Assembly: GCA_016934825.1 (NCBI GenBank)
Contig: JAFGSB010000158.1
Span: 66,842-130,841 of the forward strand
Reading direction: 5' to 3'
From: Candidatus Zhuqueibacterota bacterium
Lineage (GTDB): Bacteria; Zhuqueibacterota; Zhuqueibacteria; Residuimicrobiales; Krinioviventaceae
Length of the DNA: 64,000 nt
The position numbers were made by a program, and so were the translations under genes. The notes beneath the pieces are model-generated. The model worked only from the letters and a program-made list of their open reading frames with translations, made no database searches and was not told where the DNA came from. This document shows, piece after piece, positions 59,016 through 64,000 of the stretch. Numbering within the stretch: position 1 is the stretch's first letter; each line of letters begins with the position of its first letter.

Positions 59016-59524
59016 CGATGAAAATAGAAATGAAAAGCAGGATCGTCGTTTTTGTTTTGGCTTATTTGGTCTGGCTGGCTCTGACACATATCGGGGATAT
59101 CCAGGAAGTCATTGCGGGATTTATCATCTCGATTGTGGTTGCCCTGATTGCCGGTAAATTTTTTATTACCACAAAAAAACAAAAAGGGACCGTACGCCGG
59201 ATTATTGCGGCCGTAATATATATATTCAAATTCCTCTGGGAAATGATCAAAGCCAATTTTCACGTTGCCTATATTGTGATACACCCGATGTTACCGATTA
59301 AACCCGGGATCGTCAAGATCAGGACTAGATTAAGTAAAGACTCCGCGATCACTATACTGACAAATTCAATCACCCTGACGCCCGGCACATTAACCGTTGA
59401 TTTAAATCCTGATAAAAAAGAGATATACGTTCACTGTATAGATGTTATATCTGCCGATGTGGAAGAAAATACACGGAATATCGGTAACAGGTTTGAAAGT
59501 ATTTTAACGGAGGTTTTCGAATGA
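59012..59524 (+). CDS. MrpE/MnhE-like subunit
   Basis: Size, topology and position in the Mrp module. Confidence 0.65.
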   Translation: MTMKIEMKSRIVVFVLAYLVWLALTHIGDIQEVIAGFIISIVVALIAGKFFITTKKQKGTVRRIIAAVIYIFKFLWEMIKANFHVAYIVIHPMLPIKPGIVKIRTRLSKDSAITILTNSITLTPGTLTVDLNPDKKEIYVHCIDVISADVEENTRNIGNRFESILTEVFE

Positions 59525-59859
59525 AACTGTTAAAATGGTTTTTAGGATTCATTTTTATAGCCGCATTTATATATTACAATTTTTTTATATATGATGGAAA
59601 ATTACTTTTCAGGCTCATAAATATAAGTCTTTTTTGTTCGTTGTTTGTACTGTTCAGGGTCATATTCGGCCCGACAGCGGCCGACAGAATCGTTGCGGTT
59701 GATATTTTGGGTATATTGATTGTGGGTTTGCTGGCGTTATTGGGCTTGTATTACAAACAGGGATTTTTTATGGATGTCGCTTTAATCTGGGCGTTGTTAA
59801 GCTTTGTCGCATCACTTGCCTTTTCAAAGATTCTGGAAGGGAGGCAGTTAGATGATTAA
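59521..59859 (+). CDS. MrpF/MnhF-like subunit
   Basis: 112 aa, 3 TM. Confidence 0.6.
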   Translation: MKLLKWFLGFIFIAAFIYYNFFIYDGKLLFRLINISLFCSLFVLFRVIFGPTAADRIVAVDILGILIVGLLALLGLYYKQGFFMDVALIWALLSFVASLAFSKILEGRQLDD

Positions 59860-60193
59860 GGAAACGATTGGTATGATATTTATATATATCGGCATCGGGT
59901 TTGATTTTTTCGGTGTCCTGGGCCTGGTGCGTTTACCGGATGTGTATAACCGGCTGCAGGCGGCGACGAAATGCGTAACGTTCGGTTCCGCCGGTATTAT
60001 GTTCGGCGTTTTTATTTTAAACGGATTTAACAGTTTTGGATTTAAAGCGTTGCTGGGTATCGCTTTTATATTTCTGACGTCCCCGGTCGCGGCGCATGTC
60101 ATTGCCCGGGCCGCGCATCGCAGCGGCGTACCGCTGGCAAAACAAACGGTCGTCGATGATTATGCTAAAGATAACGATTTAAAAGATTTATAA
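59852..60193 (+). CDS. MrpG/MnhG-like subunit
   Basis: GIGFDFFGVLGLVRLPDVYNRLQAATK is the canonical MnhG motif. Confidence 0.8.
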   Translation: MIKETIGMIFIYIGIGFDFFGVLGLVRLPDVYNRLQAATKCVTFGSAGIMFGVFILNGFNSFGFKALLGIAFIFLTSPVAAHVIARAAHRSGVPLAKQTVVDDYAKDNDLKDL

Positions 60194-60254
60194 TTATCTG
60201 CCGGAATTCAGTACATATGTACTGCCAAAGACAGAGAATTTATGGAGGCTTGTT

Positions 60255-60857
60255 ATGTATCTGCCGAAGATACGGGAAATAAAAGAAGCATTGACATCAT
60301 TTTTTACACCGCCTTATACAACCGGATTTCCGGCCGAGCCTTATACGGCGCCGGAACAATACCGGGGCAGGCCGAAATACGATCAGGAGTTTTGCATCGG
60401 CTGCGGAACCTGCGCGCAGGTGTGTCCCACTCAGGCTATCACTATAACTGATAACCCGGAGAAAAAAACTCGTACATTGACTGTCGATTATTGTTTATGC
60501 ATGAATTGCGGACAATGTGAAGAAAAATGTATTACCCAAAAGGGGATTCATTTAACGAATGATTATTCTTTGGCAATTATGGACAAAAATGATCCGAATG
60601 TGTATGAATCGATTGAACGTGAACTGGTTTTATGTGAAAGCTGCGGCGGGGTTATCGCATGCAGACCGCATCTTTTGTGGATCAAGGAGCGGCTTGGCGC
60701 CAAAGCTTACGCTCATCCGAATTTACTGCTGGAAACTCAAAAGCAGTTTTTTCAGGTCGAGGATTCCAAAGTTAAAGCCAGAATACGGCGCGAGGATCAA
60801 ATAAAACAAGTCTGTCCCAAATGCCGGAATTTAATTGTAGTGGCCGATGAATTTTAA
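60255..60857 (+). CDS. 2x[4Fe-4S] ferredoxin subunit (NuoI/MbhN-like)
   Basis: CIGCGTCAQVCP and CMNCGQCEEKC motifs. Confidence 0.7.
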   Translation: MYLPKIREIKEALTSFFTPPYTTGFPAEPYTAPEQYRGRPKYDQEFCIGCGTCAQVCPTQAITITDNPEKKTRTLTVDYCLCMNCGQCEEKCITQKGIHLTNDYSLAIMDKNDPNVYESIERELVLCESCGGVIACRPHLLWIKERLGAKAYAHPNLLLETQKQFFQVEDSKVKARIRREDQIKQVCPKCRNLIVVADEF

Positions 60858-61326
60858 ACAGTTTTCACAAGAGTTGGCGTGCTATAAACCCGAAGAAATT
60901 ATATTTGTCGGACTGGGTAACGAACTGTGCGGCGATGATGCGGCCGGCCTTATATTTATTGATAAACTCAAAGATGTACCGGATTTTACCGGTTCCATTT
61001 TTATCACCGCCCGGACAAATCCGGAAAATTTTTTACAAAAGATACTCGACTCAACCGGTAAAGTTATTGTTTTTATAGATGCCGCCCAATTTAACGGAAA
61101 ACGCGGAGAAATATCTTGGATCGATGCCGATAATCTGGAACTATTGAGTATCAGTACACATGCATATTCATTGAGAATGGTGGAGCAGTATTTATTAAAC
61201 TACCGTCACTTTGATTTTAAATACCTGGGGATCGATTCGCTGCACATGAATTTGGGTGATCAGTTATCTTCACAAGTATTAACCAAAATAGCCGTTTTTT
61301 TTGCTCATGTCAGGAACTGCAATTAA
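60847..61326 (+). CDS. hycI: [NiFe] hydrogenase maturation endopeptidase (HycI/HyaD family)
   Basis: FVGLGNELCGDDAAGL N-terminal metal-binding motif of hydrogenase maturation proteases. Confidence 0.7.
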   Translation: MNFKQFSQELACYKPEEIIFVGLGNELCGDDAAGLIFIDKLKDVPDFTGSIFITARTNPENFLQKILDSTGKVIVFIDAAQFNGKRGEISWIDADNLELLSISTHAYSLRMVEQYLLNYRHFDFKYLGIDSLHMNLGDQLSSQVLTKIAVFFAHVRNCN

Positions 61327-61340
61327 AATAGAGAAAAACA

Positions 61341-61745
61341 TCATATTTTTCTGAACATTGTGGTTTCCGTAATCTGTGTGTATAATTCTGAGAAAAATTC
61401 ATTTGGATCAACTGTTTTTACATCTATTTTATCCAGTAGTTCCAGGTTCTTTAAACAACAGCACATTAAATTTGCATTTAATCTAATGAGCAATTCACTG
61501 TCCTTTTTAGAAAGTTTTTCTATTTGTTTTTCAACTTCAGAATAATCCGCATTGGGGAACCTTGCCTTGACGACGGCCAACTGGTGTAAAACACTGTTTC
61601 TTACACCGATATTGTCTGATTTTAATCCATGTAAATAATTTTTAATAGCCAATTGTAGTTTGTCTTTCGGGTAATCATCGCTTTTGGCATATGTTGTTGT
61701 AATGCCAGCCGTTAGGATGACCAAAATAATTATTATTTTTTTCAT
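61341..61745 (-). CDS. Small secreted HEAT-repeat-like protein, paralog 1
   Basis: Signal peptide MKKIIIILVILTAGITTTYA; GLKSDNIGVRNSVLHQ HEAT/PBS-like unit; RBS AGGAGAT. Confidence 0.6.
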   Translation of the reverse strand: MKKIIIILVILTAGITTTYAKSDDYPKDKLQLAIKNYLHGLKSDNIGVRNSVLHQLAVVKARFPNADYSEVEKQIEKLSKKDSELLIRLNANLMCCCLKNLELLDKIDVKTVDPNEFFSELYTQITETTMFRKI

Positions 61746-61985
61746 GATTAAATCTCCTGAAAAATAACACCTGGAAATTTTAAACAAGGAATTATTAATT
61801 ATTTAGATTCTTCCGTAAGGCCTTACCGAATATCATTCATTTTTTTCATTCCGCATTTATTATACGTGGTAGTGATTATTTGGTTACAAATTTTATTGCC
61901 ATCATCCCAATAGGAAAAAATTTTTTATCCTGTCTACAGCGGTATATTCCGGATTTTCAGTAGTTTATTGTACTTTTGTCGATGT

Positions 61986-62023
61986 TGAAAAAAAAGCCGG
62001 AACCTGTACAGGTTCCGGCTTTG
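61986..62023 (-). terminator. Rho-independent terminator downstream of the minus-strand gene 62055-62453
   Basis: Plus strand AAAAAAAAGCCGGAACCTGTACAGGTTCCGGCTTT: perfect 10-bp GC-rich stem; on the minus strand it is followed by a U8 run. Confidence 0.8.
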
Positions 62024-62054
62024 TGATATGTTACGGATATGATGTAAATATCGT

Positions 62055-62453
62055 TTAATATACTTTTTCAATTTCCCCGACCTGGTTGTATAACTCTGTG
62101 AAAAATTCTCTCGGATCCACCGTTTCGGTATTCACTTTACCGGTAAGCTCACTGTTTTTCAAATATTTGTAGGCTATACTTGCATTAACTCTGATCAGAA
62201 CCTCTTTATCACTCCTTGATAATTTTTCTATCTGTCTCTCAATCCGGCTTAAATTAATGTTGGGATATCTAGCCTTTAAAACGGTTATTTGATGCAACGC
62301 ACTGTTTCGAATCCCGGGATTATCGGATTTTAAGGCCTTTAAATATCCTTCGGTTGCAAATTTTATTCTGTTTTCAATGGTATTCAGGTTACCGGCAAAT
62401 GTTGTCACTGAGAAAATAATCAGTAACGCGAAAACAATATATAACTTTTTCAT
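62055..62453 (-). CDS. Small secreted HEAT-repeat-like protein, paralog 2
   Basis: About 50% identical to 61341-61745 (ALKSDNPGIRNSALHQ, VDPREFFTELY); signal peptide; RBS AAAAGGAGAT. Confidence 0.6.
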   Translation of the reverse strand: MKKLYIVFALLIIFSVTTFAGNLNTIENRIKFATEGYLKALKSDNPGIRNSALHQITVLKARYPNINLSRIERQIEKLSRSDKEVLIRVNASIAYKYLKNSELTGKVNTETVDPREFFTELYNQVGEIEKVY

Positions 62454-62815
62454 GGCCCAATCTCCTTTTTAAACAAAAATTTTAAATAAATATTAAATTT
62501 TAAATATATTTAAAATATTAAATTGAATTTCTATATTTATTAATTTTCTATATTATTTTGTTGTCTACAGTATATCATACGTAACAAAAATAAATAAGTT
62601 ACATCGTTTTATATTTTTTTTTCATCACGATAGCGGCTAACCGCATGACGCCGTAAAATATTGAGTACAAGAATTTCATGACGGCGAACGGAAGTTGTAC
62701 CGATCATGAGTGGTTTTGAAAATTTAATGTTGTTTAAATCTTGGGAATTTTTAATATTTTTGTATCACATTTCAGGACATTAAAACGATTTTAATTAAAA
62801 ATGATGTGATATTTT

Positions 62816-63745
62816 ATGGATACACATATACGGAACTGGCTGCTTGAAGGTGACCCGGCAATACGCTGGCAGACATTACGTGATTTAATGGGTACGGAAC
62901 CTGAGACGGTACGGAACGAACGGCATAAAGTTGCCGATCGTGGCTGGGGCGCGAAATTACTGGCCCTGCAGGACGATTCAGGAATGTGGGGCGGGGGTAT
63001 TTATTCCCCAAAGTGGATATCGACAACATACACAATGTTACTGCTGCGGCGGCTTGGTCTTGAGCCGAAACATCCGCGGGCGCTCAGGGCCTGTCAACTT
63101 TTACTGGATAAAGGCTTTTACCGGGACGGCGGTATTAATTATTTTGCGGTGCTGGATCATAGCGAAACCTGTGTCACGGGTATGGTGCTTTCCATTGTGG
63201 CGTATTTTCAGTATGAGGATAAAAGGATCAACTCTTTGGTTGAACATCTTTTGAGCCAGCAAATGCCCGACGGTGGATGGAACTGTCAGTCTTATTATGG
63301 CGCGGTGCACGGTTCGTTTCATACGACCATAAATGTTCTGGAAGGATTATATGAATTCGAAAGATATTCCGGCCTGGAAAAGACCGGTGTACAATCCGCA
63401 ATCAATCATGCCGTGGAATTTTTACTCCGACATAAACTGTATAAATCGGACCGGACGGGAAAGATCATCAATCCGAATATGACCCGCTTTTCATTCCCTC
63501 CGCGCTGGTATTATGATGTTTTACGCGCTCTCGATTATTTCCAGGCAAGCAAAAGGCCGTACGATCCGAGATTATCGGACGCTCTTGAACTGGTCCATAA
63601 AAAACGGTTAAAAGACGGCGCCTGGCCGCTGCAAAACCGGCACCCCGGAAGAACCTTTTTCGAAATGGAAGAACCGGGAAAACCGAGCCGCTGGAATACT
63701 TTAAGAGCATTAAGGATTTTAAAATGGGCGGAAGAGAAATTTTGA
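62816..63745 (+). CDS. Prenyltransferase/squalene-cyclase-repeat (alpha-alpha toroid) protein
   Basis: Two QW-like motifs (QDDSGMWGGG and QQMPDGGWN). Confidence 0.5.
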   Translation: MDTHIRNWLLEGDPAIRWQTLRDLMGTEPETVRNERHKVADRGWGAKLLALQDDSGMWGGGIYSPKWISTTYTMLLLRRLGLEPKHPRALRACQLLLDKGFYRDGGINYFAVLDHSETCVTGMVLSIVAYFQYEDKRINSLVEHLLSQQMPDGGWNCQSYYGAVHGSFHTTINVLEGLYEFERYSGLEKTGVQSAINHAVEFLLRHKLYKSDRTGKIINPNMTRFSFPPRWYYDVLRALDYFQASKRPYDPRLSDALELVHKKRLKDGAWPLQNRHPGRTFFEMEEPGKPSRWNTLRALRILKWAEEKF

Positions 63746-63802
63746 ACTGAAAAAAGATGCCGCTGTCCTGCCGGCCAGGCTTAATGATTTATTTTGAGGG
63801 AG

Positions 63803-64000
63803 ATGATGAAACCAATTATCAGTGTACATGAATATGTATTGAAATCCGGCGTTACCGGAAAAGATTTTGAACGGGCGGTCAAAATTGCGAAATCGGAAAG
63901 CCTGTTCGACCTACCGGGACTCGAAAACCATTATTTTCTGAAAGGAGTCAAGGGCAAGCGCAGGGAACAATACACGGCGGTGTGGATATACCGCGACAGG
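63803..64000 (+). CDS. Hypothetical protein, 3' truncated by window edge
   Basis: RBS GAGGGAG 6 nt upstream of ATGATG; open to the window end. Confidence 0.4.
   Translation, partial: MMKPIISVHEYVLKSGVTGKDFERAVKIAKSESLFDLPGLENHYFLKGVKGKRREQYTAVWIYRDR

Noticed and set aside
1-64000. tRNA, rRNA, tmRNA, RNase P and SRP RNA genes
   Set aside because: I scanned intergenic regions for TψC-loop GGTTCGAATCC-like motifs and the conserved cores of these RNAs and found none. The only RNA element with positive support is the lysine riboswitch.

Overview
The window is a 64-kb, all-plus-strand-dominated chromosomal segment from an AT-rich anaerobic bacterium. Domain content suggests an uncultivated, probably FCB-like lineage; I cannot assign taxonomy from sequence alone. 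Coding density is high and genes sit in long co-directional operons.

Gene content in order:
(1) A recG 3' fragment, then a cell-envelope glycosylation block: a SAM methyltransferase, a GT4 glycosyltransferase, a DUF2723/TMEM260-like GT-C membrane glycosyltransferase with TPR tail, an MprF-like flippase-domain protein, a lipoprotein, purE, rfbD and a Dpm1-like GT2 polyprenol-phosphate sugar synthase.
(2) A GlcD/GlcE/GlcF-like FAD/Fe-S oxidase trio, an alpha/beta hydrolase and a LOG-family protein.
(3) A 1.1-kb gene-free region full of MITE-like inverted-repeat elements and nested hairpins.
(4) A composite efflux locus: a free ABC ATPase, an ABC-2 permease fused to a degenerate M1-peptidase-like ectodomain, TolC, crcB plus DUF190, a periplasmic adaptor, an RND pump, a second RND pump fused in frame to four extra TM helices and a paralogous ABC ATPase domain, and a small ABC-2-like permease. 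The RND-ABC single-polypeptide fusion with domain-swapped paralogous ABC modules is, to my knowledge, not a described architecture. It is my top candidate for a novel system.
(5) A lysine riboswitch followed by an M20 deacylase-lysC-dapB-dapA-dapF-dapL-lysA operon ending in a strong terminator.
(6) A CPBP intramembrane protease, a PurD-like ATP-grasp ligase lacking the PurD signature motif, and an ATE/Bpt-like aminoacyl-tRNA-protein transferase.
(7) A HydS-type sensory [FeFe]-hydrogenase domain fused to a histidine kinase, plus a DRTGG protein.
(8) A roughly 12.5-kb, translationally coupled operon for a group 4 Mrp-type membrane-bound [NiFe] hydrogenase carrying an AsrA/AsrB-like (sulfhydrogenase beta/gamma-like) NAD(P)H module and a maturation protease.
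(9) Two tandem paralogous small secreted HEAT-like proteins on the minus strand, and a prenyltransferase/terpene-cyclase-fold protein.

A previously unnoticed ~190-bp repeat family with GTGTCCGG..CCGGACAC hairpins at both ends occurs three times, each inside an operon's intergenic gap. No rRNA, tRNA, CRISPR array or recognisable IS transposase was found.
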